From: Gammaproteobacteria bacterium
GTDB lineage: Bacteria > Pseudomonadota > Gammaproteobacteria > Eutrophobiales > Eutrophobiaceae
Direction: 5' to 3'
DNA length: 64,000 nucleotides
Assembly: GCA_965261165.1 (NCBI GenBank)
Contig: OZ253445.1
Coordinates: 1,369,082-1,433,081 of the forward strand
Shown: positions 1-10,203 of the stretch, piece by piece
Numbering within the stretch: the first letter of the stretch is position 1
Layout of the letters: every line of letters starts with the position of its first letter
Notes under the pieces: generated by a model
What the model saw: only the letters and a program-made list of their open reading frames with translations
The model's database searches: none
Told to the model about the DNA's origin: nothing
Made by a program: the position numbers and the translations under genes

Positions 1-1019
1 AACTATTACCTCAAGAGATCATTGATAAGGATTATGGTTGTGGAGATCCTTCGCGTTATGTTCAGGAAGGAGATGTTGTCCTTGATCTTGGAAGTGGCAG
101 CGGTAAGATATGTTATATGGCAGCACAGTTAGTCGGTGATAAAGGCAAGGTCATCGGCGTTGATATGAATGATGATATGTTGGAGCTAGCGGGCAAATAT
201 CAGGCAGAGATGGCAGAGAAATTAGATGGTGATCGTGTTGAGTTTCGCAAAGGTCATATTCAGGATTTGGCTCTGGATTTAGCAGCGATGGATGCATGGT
301 TGGCAGAAAATCCGGTGACAGATGTGGAAGGTGCGCATCAACTGGAGCTATGGCAGGCAACACAACGTAATGATAGACCTTTGGTTGCAGATAATTCGGT
401 TGATTTGATTATTTCAAACTGTGTTTTGAATCTGGTGGGCGATCAACAAAAACAACAACTGGTCGATGAAATATTTCGTGTGTTGAAGCCTGGTGGTCGC
501 ATCGCTATATCAGATATTGTCAGTGATGAACCCGTGCCAGAATATCTGAAGGCAGATGATGAATTATGGAGTGGCTGTATCTCTGGAGCTTTTGAGGAAG
601 AGGAGATGTTAAATACATTTCATGACATCGGATTTCTTTCTGTCAGTCTGGATAAATGGGATGCTGAACCTTGGCAGGTGGTCGAGGGCATAGAGTTTAG
701 GTCGGTGACGGTGACAGCGGTAAAGGGCAGTGGCAAAGAATGTCTGGATTATGGTCAGGCCGTAATCTATAAAGGCCCATTCCAGACAGTTTTTGATGAT
801 GAAGGACACGAGTTTCCACGGGGTGTCAGAATGGCGGTGTGCGAACGTACCTTTAAATATTTAACAGAAGGTCGGCATAAGAATGATTTCATTGGTATCA
901 CGCCAGCAGAAAAGCAGCAAGCTGTCACATGGTGTGCGCCGATGGGAACAAGGCGACCAGCGAGCGAAACCAAAGGTGGCGTGCACAAGCAAACTGGTAA
1001 AAAAACCGGCTGTTGTTAA
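1..1019 (+). CDS. arsM: SAM-dependent methyltransferase, arsenite methyltransferase (ArsM/AS3MT)-like. The 5' end is outside the window; the frame is open from position 3.
   Basis: The frame is open from the window edge. It contains the VLDLGSGSG SAM-binding motif, the SNCVLNL motif and LKPGGRIAISD, all characteristic of ArsM/UbiE-type methyltransferases. The C-terminus is Cys-rich (GCC). Confidence 0.6.
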   Translation, partial: LLPQEIIDKDYGCGDPSRYVQEGDVVLDLGSGSGKICYMAAQLVGDKGKVIGVDMNDDMLELAGKYQAEMAEKLDGDRVEFRKGHIQDLALDLAAMDAWLAENPVTDVEGAHQLELWQATQRNDRPLVADNSVDLIISNCVLNLVGDQQKQQLVDEIFRVLKPGGRIAISDIVSDEPVPEYLKADDELWSGCISGAFEEEEMLNTFHDIGFLSVSLDKWDAEPWQVVEGIEFRSVTVTAVKGSGKECLDYGQAVIYKGPFQTVFDDEGHEFPRGVRMAVCERTFKYLTEGRHKNDFIGITPAEKQQAVTWCAPMGTRRPASETKGGVHKQTGKKTGCC

Positions 1020-1053
1020 GTATTAAGCGAATAAAAGAACAGGAAGAAAAATC

Positions 1054-1908
1054 ATGGTTGCAAAAATAATTGACGGTAAAGAGATTTCACAGGAAGTGCG
1101 TGAAAAATGGCGGCATCGTGCTGATAAATTAAAAGATAATGGTGTATTGCCAGGTCTTGCGGTGATTATTGTTGGTGATAATCCGGCATCGCGAGTTTAT
1201 GTCCGTAATAAGGTTAAGGCTTGTCACGAAGTCGGTCTGCATTCTGAATCTCACGATATGCTGGAAGATGCCTCTGAAGAAATGGTCTTAAACCAGATCG
1301 AAGAATTGAATCAGAATGACAAGATTCACGGTATCCTAGTGCAACTTCCCCTGCCTGAGCACATTGATGAGAAGAAAGTGCTGGAGGCTATTTCTCCTAA
1401 GAAAGATGTTGATGGTTTTCATTATTATAATCTTGGTGCCTTGTTGACAGGCAATGCGATATTTTCTCCATGTACGCCCTATGGCGTAATATGTATGCTG
1501 GAGCATATGAATATTCCATTAGAAGGTAAAGAAGCCGTGGTGGTTGGAAGAAGTAACATCGTTGGTAAACCTATGGCCTTATTATTACTTGAGAAAAATG
1601 CCACGGTGACGATATGTACTTCAAGAACACAGTCTCTGAAGAGTCATACATCAAGGGCAGATATCCTGGTGGCTGCTATAGGTCGCCCGGAAATGATTAC
1701 AGGCGACATGATCAAGAAAGGTGCAGCTGTGATCGATGTTGGTATCAATCGTAATGATGATGGTCGTTTAGTTGGTGATGTTGAATTTGCCAGTGCCAGA
1801 GAAAAGGCAGCCTACATCACGCCAGTGCCAGGCGGAGTCGGCCCCATGACCATTGCGCTCTTGGTTGCCAATACAGTATTGTCTGCGGAAAAATTCTCGG
1901 GTTTATAG
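1054..1908 (+). CDS. folD: bifunctional methylenetetrahydrofolate dehydrogenase/cyclohydrolase FolD
   Basis: The 284-aa product begins [17 protein letters not shown] and contains [20 protein letters not shown] and [14 protein letters not shown], which are typical FolD motifs. There is a GGAAGAAAAA RBS upstream. Confidence 0.9.
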   Translation: MVAKIIDGKEISQEVREKWRHRADKLKDNGVLPGLAVIIVGDNPASRVYVRNKVKACHEVGLHSESHDMLEDASEEMVLNQIEELNQNDKIHGILVQLPLPEHIDEKKVLEAISPKKDVDGFHYYNLGALLTGNAIFSPCTPYGVICMLEHMNIPLEGKEAVVVGRSNIVGKPMALLLLEKNATVTICTSRTQSLKSHTSRADILVAAIGRPEMITGDMIKKGAAVIDVGINRNDDGRLVGDVEFASAREKAAYITPVPGGVGPMTIALLVANTVLSAEKFSGL

Positions 1909-1915
1909 CTCTAAA

Positions 1916-2965
1916 CTAGCGGCTGAATTCATGTCTGACCCAAAGCATCGCGGTCAACAATACTAACGCGCCTGCCTGATGTGCTGCTGCCAGTGGTACA
2001 GGCACAGCAAGCAGTAATGTTGAAATACCCAAGGTCATTTGCAGAATGACTGCTGCCAACAGGCAATGTAGTGCGATACGAATGCGCGCCGGAAGATCCT
2101 GATTTAAGGTTTTAAACCAGAAGCCAACAACAGATATAAAAATTAAGGTTGTTAATATACGATGTGTGAATTGAATCGTTACAGTATTCTCAAAGAAATT
2201 TTTGATCCAAGGATCAAATACGAATAAATCTTTTGGCAGGAGCGTGTCACCCATTAAAGGAAAGGTATTGTAAATCAAACCTGCGTCAGTCCCAGCCATA
2301 AAACCACCTGACATAATAGCGATCACCAGCAGACAAATTAATGCTGATAGGAAACCTTTGTAAGTATGTAGAGACTGTTTGATGCCATGTGGTTTGGGAA
2401 ATAATAAGTCCAGTCCAGTCCAGAGCACCCAACCATAAAGAAAAAAGGCGAGAATCAAATGTGCCGTTAAACGATATTGGCTAACATCCGGCCGATCAGA
2501 TAAACCGCTCTTGACCATGAACCAGCCCAAGGCCCCTTGTAGGCCGCCGAGGATAAATATGGTGATTAACTTCGGAATCAGTTGTCTGCCCAGTTTTTTC
2601 CTGAATAAAAAAAACATAAATGGCGCGAAGAATACAATACCGATACTACGACCCCAGAGACGATGTATAAATTCCAGCCAGAAAATAGACTTAAATCCAG
2701 CCAGATCCATGTCTGGGTTTTTAATCTTGAATTCCGGGTACTGCTGATATTTTGCAAAGGTGTCTTGCCAGACCAATTCGGTCATCGGCGGCAAAAAACC
2801 AGTAACAGGCTCCCATTCAACCATGGATAGACCGGAATGAGTCAGGCGTGTGACACCACCCAGTACCACCATGACGAAGATCATAATAGTGCAGATAAAC
2901 AGCCAGATGGCGACGGCGTGTGAATCGGCATTGGTATTTGAAATATTAGGGTTATCTTGGGGCAT
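1916..2965 (-). CDS. ctaA: heme A synthase (COX15/CtaA family)
   Basis: The 349-aa polytopic membrane protein contains GGVTRLTHSGLSMVEWEPVTG, QYPEF and a conserved His pattern (FTHR, HRL). Confidence 0.7.
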   Translation of the reverse strand: MPQDNPNISNTNADSHAVAIWLFICTIMIFVMVVLGGVTRLTHSGLSMVEWEPVTGFLPPMTELVWQDTFAKYQQYPEFKIKNPDMDLAGFKSIFWLEFIHRLWGRSIGIVFFAPFMFFLFRKKLGRQLIPKLITIFILGGLQGALGWFMVKSGLSDRPDVSQYRLTAHLILAFFLYGWVLWTGLDLLFPKPHGIKQSLHTYKGFLSALICLLVIAIMSGGFMAGTDAGLIYNTFPLMGDTLLPKDLFVFDPWIKNFFENTVTIQFTHRILTTLIFISVVGFWFKTLNQDLPARIRIALHCLLAAVILQMTLGISTLLLAVPVPLAAAHQAGALVLLTAMLWVRHEFSR

Positions 2966-3286
2966 TATGTCAGGCTGATTAAGTGTTAGAGATTAGTCTT
3001 ATTGTTTTAATTTTGAGGGCAGAATTATACTCGGGATACTCCCGATTCATAGGTATGAAAACAGGCAAATTTTATGTCTATATTTATGAAATCCAGTGCT
3101 GGCAAGCTTATGCAAAAGTCGTCTAAAAATAGATGAGAAAATCGATGTTATTTAGGTTTTTAAAATGCTATAAAACTGGGTCTGAAAAGTTTATACGAGG
3201 CTTCATCGGTACTCTTGAATGTCGATACCAGAGATTACATTAATGGTGTTGTGATTTTTTTGTCATCTACGAAGGTTCAATGGCGT

Positions 3287-3316
3287 GCCCAAGGCGCATT
3301 TTGGGCTGTTTTTTTT
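3287..3316 (+). terminator. orphan Rho-independent terminator-like hairpin
   Basis: GCCCAA-ggcgcatt-TTGGGC (6-bp perfect stem) is followed directly by TGTTTTTTTT. It lies on the + strand with no + strand CDS upstream within about 1.3 kb, since ctaA is on the opposite strand. Confidence 0.5.
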
Positions 3317-3466
3317 GCAGGGGGTGTGAGTGGCGCTTTAACAGCAGTGACTATTAAAGTTTAATTTTAAGTTTCAATTATTAAATTAAAACAATGGGTT
3401 AGAGAGTATTTGAATTAGTTATCTAGGACAGCTACCTTAAATTTAGTTGTTGCTTTGTTTCCAAAA

Positions 3467-3515
3467 CCACTATATATTGTGTTTTATTCAGGCAGAAAAC
3501 CACTATATGTTGTGT
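3467..3515 (+). promoter_or_regulatory. tandem NrdR boxes upstream of nrdJ
   Basis: Two copies of ccACTATAT(A/G)TTGTGT start about 33 bp apart and fit the palindromic NrdR box consensus (acaCwAtATaTwGtgt). They sit about 90-140 bp upstream of the nrdJa start. Confidence 0.7.
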
Positions 3516-3604
3516 ATTTTGCTGTGCCTAAAAATTTTAGAATCATAATAATATACTTAAATTTGGGTAATTTGTTTGAGAAATTCAAAGAGGAAGATTT
3601 TTTG

Positions 3605-5755
3605 ATGAATATAGTGCCAGCTGAAATCGTTCAAACCACTGCTGCTGAAGTACCATTTCAACTGGCTTCCGAGGATATTTGGGAAAAGAAATATCGCCTT
3701 GTAAAGAAGGATGGGACGCCGGTTGATAGGTCCGTGGATGACACCTATATGCGTGTCGCTAGAGCACTCGCGGATGTCGAAGAAACCGAAGAAAAAAAAG
3801 AGTCTTGGTATCATGAATTTGTCTGGGCATTACGCCGTGGTGTGATCCCTGCTGGCAGGATCATTTCCAATGCCGGCGCTACCAAATACAAGCCTTCAAC
3901 ATCAACAATTAACTGTACTGTTTCAGGCGTCATTGAAGACTCTATGGACGATATTTTGAAAAAGAATCATGAAGCTGGTTTAACATTAAAAGCTGGTTGC
4001 GGAATTGGTTATGAGTTTTCAACACTGCGTCCTAAAGGTGGCTATGTCTCTGGTGCCGGCGCTTATACTTCTGGCCCACTTTCCTTCATGGATATCTTTG
4101 ACAAGATGTGTTTCACCGTTTCCTCAGCAGGAGGACGTCGCGGTGCACAGATGGCAACCTTTGATGTTGGTCATCCGGATGTCATGGAATTTATTCGTGC
4201 CAAACGTGAAGATGGTCGTTTGCGCCAATTTAATCTTTCCCTGTTGATTACCGACGAGTTCATGGCCGCAGTCAAAAATGACGGTGACTGGAAACTCGCT
4301 TTTCCAGTTAGTGGGAAAGAAAGTAAAACAATCGATCTGAAAGATCCTGAGCAGGTTATCTGGCGTGAATGGCCAAGCCATTACAGAGACTATATTGTTA
4401 ACGACGAAGGTCTGGTGGCCTGTAAGGTTTATAAGACTATCCGTGCGCAACGTCTATGGGATGTCATCATGTCATCTACCTATGACTATGCTGAACCGGG
4501 CTTTATCCTCATTGATAAAGTCAATGAAATGAATAACAACTGGTTTTGCGAAGATATTCGCACAACCAACCCCTGTGGAGAACAACCACTGCCACCCTAT
4601 GGTTCCTGTTTACTCGGTTCGGTTAACCTTACACGCTTCGTGATTGAGCCATTTACTGATCGTGCTCGTTTCGATTGGGATGAATTTCACAAGGCGGTCA
4701 AGGTCTTTACCCGCATGCTGGATAACGTCGTTGAAGTTAATGGGCTGCCTCTGGAGGGTCAGCGTGATGAAATTTTGCGTAAGCGTCGTCATGGCATGGG
4801 CTTCCTTGGTCTGGGTTCAACCATCACTATGTTAAAGATGAAATATGGCAGCGAAGAGTCTGTTGATTTCGCTGAGAAGATTAGCCGTGAACTTGCTGTT
4901 GCGGGTTGGCAAGAAGCCCTGGAACTGGCTAAAGAAAAAGGCGCCGCACCGATTATGGATGAGGAATTTACCGTCACTGGTGAAATGTTACGCATCCGCC
5001 CGGCAATGAAAGATGATGGATTCAGGATTGGCGACAAGGTTAAAGGCAAAGTTCTACATGCAAAATACAGTAAATACATGCGGCTTATCGCTGAGGTGGC
5101 ACCAGATCTGGTCAAGGAAATAGAGGAAGTAGGCGCTCGATTCACGCATCATAATTCCATTGCGCCGACAGGCACAATCTCTCTGTCGTTGGCGAATAAT
5201 GCCAGTAATGGTATCGAGCCAAGCTTCGCACATCACTATTCACGAAATATAATTTGTGAAGGTAAAAAGACTAAGGAAAAAGTCGATGTTTACTCTTTTG
5301 AGTTGTTGGCCTATCGTGAATTGATTAATCCAGATGCCATGCCATTTTCAGAAGATGAAGAAAATGCTCTGCCAGATTATTTTATTGCAGCAGATGATGT
5401 CACGCCGATTCAGCATGTGGATATTCAGGCAGCCTCACAGAAATGGGTCGATTCCTCTATTTCAAAAACAGCCAACGTACCGGCTGATTTTGCCTTCGAT
5501 GAATTCAAGGATATTTATGAATATGCTTATGATAAAGGTTTAAAAGGTTGTACGACTTTCAGATTTAATCCAGAAGCATTTCAGGGCGTGTTGGTGAAAG
5601 AAGATGACCTGGAAAATACGATATATAAATTTAAACTTGAGAACGGTGAAACAGTAGAAATAAAAGGTAATGAAGAAGTAGATTACGATGGTGAAATACA
5701 TACCGCAGCAAATCTCTTCGATGCACTCAAGGAGGGCTACTACGGCAAGCTCTGA
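3605..5755 (+). CDS. nrdJ: class II (adenosylcobalamin-dependent) ribonucleotide reductase, large fragment NrdJa
   Basis: The ORF track frame 3455..5755 has an internal ATG at 3605 preceded by an AAAGAGGAAG RBS. The 716-aa product contains ISNAGATKYKPSTSTINCTVSG and NPCGEQPLPPYGSCLLGSVNL, RNR class II active-site motifs. Its size matches the split NrdJa of Pseudomonas. Confidence 0.85.
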   Translation: MNIVPAEIVQTTAAEVPFQLASEDIWEKKYRLVKKDGTPVDRSVDDTYMRVARALADVEETEEKKESWYHEFVWALRRGVIPAGRIISNAGATKYKPSTSTINCTVSGVIEDSMDDILKKNHEAGLTLKAGCGIGYEFSTLRPKGGYVSGAGAYTSGPLSFMDIFDKMCFTVSSAGGRRGAQMATFDVGHPDVMEFIRAKREDGRLRQFNLSLLITDEFMAAVKNDGDWKLAFPVSGKESKTIDLKDPEQVIWREWPSHYRDYIVNDEGLVACKVYKTIRAQRLWDVIMSSTYDYAEPGFILIDKVNEMNNNWFCEDIRTTNPCGEQPLPPYGSCLLGSVNLTRFVIEPFTDRARFDWDEFHKAVKVFTRMLDNVVEVNGLPLEGQRDEILRKRRHGMGFLGLGSTITMLKMKYGSEESVDFAEKISRELAVAGWQEALELAKEKGAAPIMDEEFTVTGEMLRIRPAMKDDGFRIGDKVKGKVLHAKYSKYMRLIAEVAPDLVKEIEEVGARFTHHNSIAPTGTISLSLANNASNGIEPSFAHHYSRNIICEGKKTKEKVDVYSFELLAYRELINPDAMPFSEDEENALPDYFIAADDVTPIQHVDIQAASQKWVDSSISKTANVPADFAFDEFKDIYEYAYDKGLKGCTTFRFNPEAFQGVLVKEDDLENTIYKFKLENGETVEIKGNEEVDYDGEIHTAANLFDALKEGYYGKL

Positions 5756-5787
5756 TTGGGGGAATGCCAGCGGGGGAGAATATAGTA

Positions 5788-6483
5788 ATGGTTACAAAAA
5801 TTACAAAAGATATTGTTGGTTTTGAAGTTACTAAAAAAAGCACTGAAGAAGAAAAGCTAGAAGCAGCAAAAAAAGAAGCGTTAGATAATGTTGTGCAAAT
5901 GCATGAGAATGTTGAACGTCCGGAAATGCTCTTGGGTTCGACTTATAAAATCAGCACGCCGTTATCTGATCATGCCTTATATGTGACAGTGAATGATATT
6001 ATTCTTAATCTGGATACGGAGCATGAACTACGCCGCCCATTTGAGATGTTCATCAACTCAAAGAACATGGATCACTTCCAATGGATCGTTGCCCTGACAA
6101 GAATTATTTCAGCCGTGTTCAGAAAAGGTGGCGATATAAATTTTCTCGTTGAAGAATTACGCTCGGTGTTTGACCCTAGCGGTGGCTATTTCAAAAAAGG
6201 CGGCAAATTTATGCCTTCATTGGTAGCCGAGATTGGTGATGTACTGGAAAGCCATTTACGTATGATTGGCATGATGACAGATAGCGGTCTGGACGAGCAT
6301 CGGAAAAAGCTGATTGATGAAAAACGTGCAGAATACGAAAGCACCTTGAAAAATGCAGAAGCGAGTTCCTCAAGAGATTTTCCTGATGGCGCAAATCTAT
6401 GTATGAAATGTAGCACCAAGGCTACGATTTTGATGGATGGGTGCATGACTTGTCTCAACTGCGGTGAGTCTAAATGCAGCTAA
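5788..6483 (+). CDS. nrdJ: class II ribonucleotide reductase small fragment NrdJb (C-terminal zinc-ribbon part)
   Basis: The ORF track gives 5764..6483. The ATG at 5788 has the better RBS (GGGGGAG plus a 9-nt spacer). The C-terminus is CMKCSTKATILMDGCMTCLNCGESKCS, a CxxC...CxxC pattern, as in the C-terminal domain of class II RNRs. It lies immediately downstream of nrdJa. Confidence 0.7.
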   Translation: MVTKITKDIVGFEVTKKSTEEEKLEAAKKEALDNVVQMHENVERPEMLLGSTYKISTPLSDHALYVTVNDIILNLDTEHELRRPFEMFINSKNMDHFQWIVALTRIISAVFRKGGDINFLVEELRSVFDPSGGYFKKGGKFMPSLVAEIGDVLESHLRMIGMMTDSGLDEHRKKLIDEKRAEYESTLKNAEASSSRDFPDGANLCMKCSTKATILMDGCMTCLNCGESKCS

Positions 6484-6551
6484 GGAAGAAATTCCACAGT
6501 TCTAAAGGACGTAAATGAAAATTCAAAAGTTGCCTGATGCTTCCTATGAGG

Positions 6552-7816
6552 GGACTTGTCGGTTAATAGCCCGAAAGCATGAGATAATAGCCGAAATTCA
6601 AAACGGGTCTTATTGATGCGCAAACGCCAACAAAACACGCTGTTTATAGCACTAGACTGTCTGGTGGTAGCAAACCATCCCTAGCCTAAGCTTGAGGCCT
6701 TATTGTCATTCGATGAGCTGGCCAAACCTTAGGTTAAGCTCTATTCGGTTAAAGGTCATAAAGAAAAGGGGTTGCCTTTGGCTTACGCGCCCTGGTGTTA
6801 CAATTCATGGAAGATAGTAGTGATCGTGAAATGGAACGTTTTTTGCGAATGGATTTTTTTGCAAGAGAACACTTCTGGAACATGCTGTTACCCATTGGGC
6901 TTAGGAGAGAAGACCCCAGATCACAGTAATCTTGGTGATTGTCGAAAACGTGATGATCTTCGAGAACGCTTGGACACAGAAAACTGAATGACGGTTCTTA
7001 ACCGTGTTGGTGAAGAACTGAAGTCTATGGGTTTAATGCGCCAAGTGTTGACCTTTGTTGCTGCCAGTCACTTAGGTGAGTCAGCTAAGCACTTGGGACG
7101 ATAGAGATCGTGCCATTCAGGCCGGTTTAGAGAAGTTTAATCATAAGACCGCTGAAACAATAACGGTTGCTCAGCAGGCACGCTTTGGTGGTAAGGGCGG
7201 TAACAAGTTTTGCTAGGGCGATAAAGAACACATATTGATTGCTAGGCGAAGTGGTTTAATCAATAAGATTGCGGCTACATCGGCGGAAGTTACCGATGCT
7301 GAAGGGCTTGCCCACGTTGCCCCACAGGAGGTGCTTTTTTTGGTGATAAGGGTACTGTGTGAACCTGGGCAAAACCACACTCAAGCGCCAAGGCTGTCAT
7401 GATGCAACGATCAAGCCAGCCAATATGCAAGGCAAAGAGACTAAATAAAGAGCGTTGGCTTGCAGCCATGCGTTCACCTTATGAACGTGTCTTTGCTCAC
7501 CGTAACCGGCGGGTTGGTTATCGTGGTTTGCAGAAGGTGCAATCTCAGGTAGGCATGCGCACACTGACTTTCAACCGCAAAAGAGTGATGACACTGGGTT
7601 TGAAGACATAGATAGATTGGGTTTTGAAGACATCAATTCAATACCTGCCCAGGGTAAATACTAGGGTAAATCTGCCTTAAATTTGCCTAAAGGGCAGACC
7701 TAAGGCACTAATAGCCTAAAATAGCCCATTGGGACTTAAATAAAGCGGACTATTGTCGTTTATTTGAACCAATATTTGCATCTTGACATTGTTTTTCGAT
7801 TAACCGACAAGGCCTT
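6552..7816 (+). mobile_element. IS5-family-like insertion sequence relic (copy 1), about 1.27 kb, with imperfect terminal inverted repeats and a degraded transposase frame
   Basis: It is near-identical to 35990..37276. The ends are GGACTTGTCGGTTAAT on the left and ATTAACCGACAAGGCC on the right. Internal translated fragments resemble IS5-type DDE transposase pieces (DATIKPANMQGKE similar to DATIIEAPSSTKN; FGDKGH similar to ADxGY; RVFAHRNRRVGYRGLQK similar to the IS5 C-terminal motif). They are interrupted by multiple stops and frameshifts, and no ORF exceeds 77 aa. Confidence 0.6.
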
Positions 7817-7839
7817 AATTGTTACACGGAAAATTATTA

Positions 7840-9201
7840 ATGACGACAAAACGACAATCAATTCATGGTCAATGGTCTTCGCGCTGGGCGTTTATCCTGG
7901 CCGCGACGGGTTCTGCTGTCGGTTTAGGCAATATTTGGCGGTTTCCTTACATTACGGGTGAATATGGTGGTGGTGCATTTGTGTTGATGTATCTCGGCTG
8001 CGTTTTACTGGTGGGCATACCGATTATGATATCCGAGGTGTTGCTCGGTCGAAGAGGGCGTCAAAGCCCCATCAACACCATGGAGTCACTGGCCAAGGAA
8101 GAAGGCTTGAATCCGGCATGGCGTTATCTTGGTTGGATGGGTGTCGTTGCTGGTTTTCTCATTCTTTCTTTCTATAGTGTGGTTGCTGGGTGGACATTGG
8201 AATATATCTTTCAGTCGGGCTCAGGTAATTTTCTCACCGCGACTGATGACGAAATCGGTGAGATATTCGATAGCCTGCTAAGAGATCCCGGCCAACTATT
8301 GGCGATGCATACTTTATTTATGGCTCTGACGGTTGTAGTTGTTGCCATGGGCATTAAGAATGGCTTGGAACGTGCGGTTAAATTTCTAATGCCCGCACTT
8401 TTTATCTTGTTATTGATCATGGTGGGCTATGCTATGTCCACTGATGGTTTTCAGGAAGGTCTATATTATTTGTTTTATCCAGATTGGAGCAAGTTATCCG
8501 GCGAAGGCTTCTTGGTGGCATTGGGCCAGGCATTTTTTAGTCTGAGTCTGGGGATGGGTGCGATTATGGTTTATGGATCTTATCTGCCTGATGATGCTTC
8601 GATTGGACATACGTCGGTCAATATTGCTTTGGTCGATATGCTCGTAGCCATAATGTCTGGACTCGCTATATTTCCGCTGGTTTTTGCGTACGGTTTGGAT
8701 CTTAGCGAGGGTCCGGGCTTGATATTTGTGACGTTGCCGATTGCCTTTGGTCAAATGCCCTATGGGCAGATATTTGGCACGGGTTTCTTTATCTTGTTGA
8801 TGTTTGCCGGATGGACTTCATCAATTTCCTTGCTTGAACCTGCCGTCACCTGGTTAGTAGAAAATCGCGGTATTGCCAGAACCAAATCAGCAGCGATCAC
8901 GGGATTGATTGCATGGACTTTGGGTATCGGTTCTGCCCTATCCTTTAATCTTTGGCAAGACTACAAAATATTCGACAAAACCTATTTTCATATCATGGAC
9001 TATGTAACCTCGAATATATTGTTGCCTCTCGGAGGGTTACTCATCGCTGTCTTTGCCGCATGGTTAATGTCGAAAAAATCCCTAGCATCAGAACTTGGTT
9101 TGGGAGGAGGGTTTTTATTTCATGCCTGGTTATTTGTCCTTCGTTTTGTCACACCTATCGGTGTAGTTGCTATATTTCTACATGCGATTGGTATTATTTA
9201 A
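7840..9201 (+). CDS. sodium-dependent transporter, neurotransmitter:sodium symporter (NSS/SNF) family
   Basis: The product has the motif WSSRWAFILAATGSAVGLGNIWRFPY plus about 12 TM segments. The start was moved to the internal ATG at 7840 within the 7819 ORF. Confidence 0.85.
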   Translation: MTTKRQSIHGQWSSRWAFILAATGSAVGLGNIWRFPYITGEYGGGAFVLMYLGCVLLVGIPIMISEVLLGRRGRQSPINTMESLAKEEGLNPAWRYLGWMGVVAGFLILSFYSVVAGWTLEYIFQSGSGNFLTATDDEIGEIFDSLLRDPGQLLAMHTLFMALTVVVVAMGIKNGLERAVKFLMPALFILLLIMVGYAMSTDGFQEGLYYLFYPDWSKLSGEGFLVALGQAFFSLSLGMGAIMVYGSYLPDDASIGHTSVNIALVDMLVAIMSGLAIFPLVFAYGLDLSEGPGLIFVTLPIAFGQMPYGQIFGTGFFILLMFAGWTSSISLLEPAVTWLVENRGIARTKSAAITGLIAWTLGIGSALSFNLWQDYKIFDKTYFHIMDYVTSNILLPLGGLLIAVFAAWLMSKKSLASELGLGGGFLFHAWLFVLRFVTPIGVVAIFLHAIGII

Positions 9202-9203
9202 GT

Positions 9204-9641
9204 ATGACTGAAATAAGTAAAACAACTATTGTGCCTTATACCTCGGAAGAGATGTATGTGCTGGTGAATGATATCGAATCATATCCAATCTTTTTGCCCT
9301 GGTGTACTGCTGCGAAGATAACCTCTCAAGAAGAGGAAAGATTGACGGCATCACTTTCGCTGGCATTAGGAAAGATTAAACAATCATTCACGACAGAAAA
9401 TACCATGCATAATAGTTCTCGAATTGATATGCAGTTAATCGAAGGACCATTCAAACACCTGACTGGTTATTGGCGATTTATTCAGGAAGGCGATCGATCC
9501 TGCCATATTCATTTACATATGCATTTTGAATTCAAAAATAAAATCATCAAACATATTTTAGGCAAGGTATTTTATAAGGTGATGGATACACTGATTGATT
9601 CCTTTGCGCAAAGAGCACAACATATCTATGGCAGTAGGTAG
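9204..9641 (+). CDS. ratA: SRPBCC-family protein RatA (YfjG/Coq10-like ubiquinone-binding / ribosome association toxin)
   Basis: The ATG at 9204 lies in frame within the longer 8952 ORF. The product begins MTEISKTTIVPYTSEEMYVLVNDIESYPIFLPWC and is about 145 aa, typical of RatA. It has conserved ratA-ratB-bamE neighbourhood. Confidence 0.7.
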   Translation: MTEISKTTIVPYTSEEMYVLVNDIESYPIFLPWCTAAKITSQEEERLTASLSLALGKIKQSFTTENTMHNSSRIDMQLIEGPFKHLTGYWRFIQEGDRSCHIHLHMHFEFKNKIIKHILGKVFYKVMDTLIDSFAQRAQHIYGSR

Positions 9642-9945
9642 TGAACCATCGAACCTTATATCCATTGAGGTTGCTTACGCCTCAGTTGATCAAGGTTGGT
9701 TGATTTCATTCGAAGTCGAAGAAGGTACTACAGTTCAACAGGCCATCGTAAATTCTGGGATACTGGATCAATGTTCTGATATTGATCTGCAAATAAATAA
9801 AGTTGGACTCTTCAGTCGCATTGTTGGTCTCGATGTTCTGATCAGGGCAGGTGACCGTATTGAAATATATCGACCTCTGATCTTTGATCCAAAAAAAGCC
9901 AGACGCCTGCGTGCAGAAAAAGAAAAACAGAAAAATAAGGGATAG
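9628..9945 (+). CDS. ratB: RnfH family protein (RatB/YfjF, UPF0125)
   Basis: The product begins ...ISIEVAYASVDQGWLISFEVEEGTTVQQAI and ends in a Lys/Arg-rich tail. It overlaps the ratA end as in other gammaproteobacteria. Confidence 0.65.
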   Translation: MAVGSEPSNLISIEVAYASVDQGWLISFEVEEGTTVQQAIVNSGILDQCSDIDLQINKVGLFSRIVGLDVLIRAGDRIEIYRPLIFDPKKARRLRAEKEKQKNKG

Positions 9946-10203
9946 TATTTTTTTCAATATCCGGATGATTGGCATCACCAATGCGTGTGATTGATTTTAC
10001 TGCTGCTGGATAATTACCGTATTCGTCAACGCTGACTATTTTTTCAGCACCCCGCCGAATATATTAATTCGGTAATATAATGATCTGAAAAGATTTTTAA
10101 AAATTGGATAATGCTTAAAATTCTTCTTCTATTTATTCGAGGACTTCAAAATCGCGTTTGACTTTGTCCGCATCCCATTCATTGACTTCTTCTGCCAAGG
10201 CTT

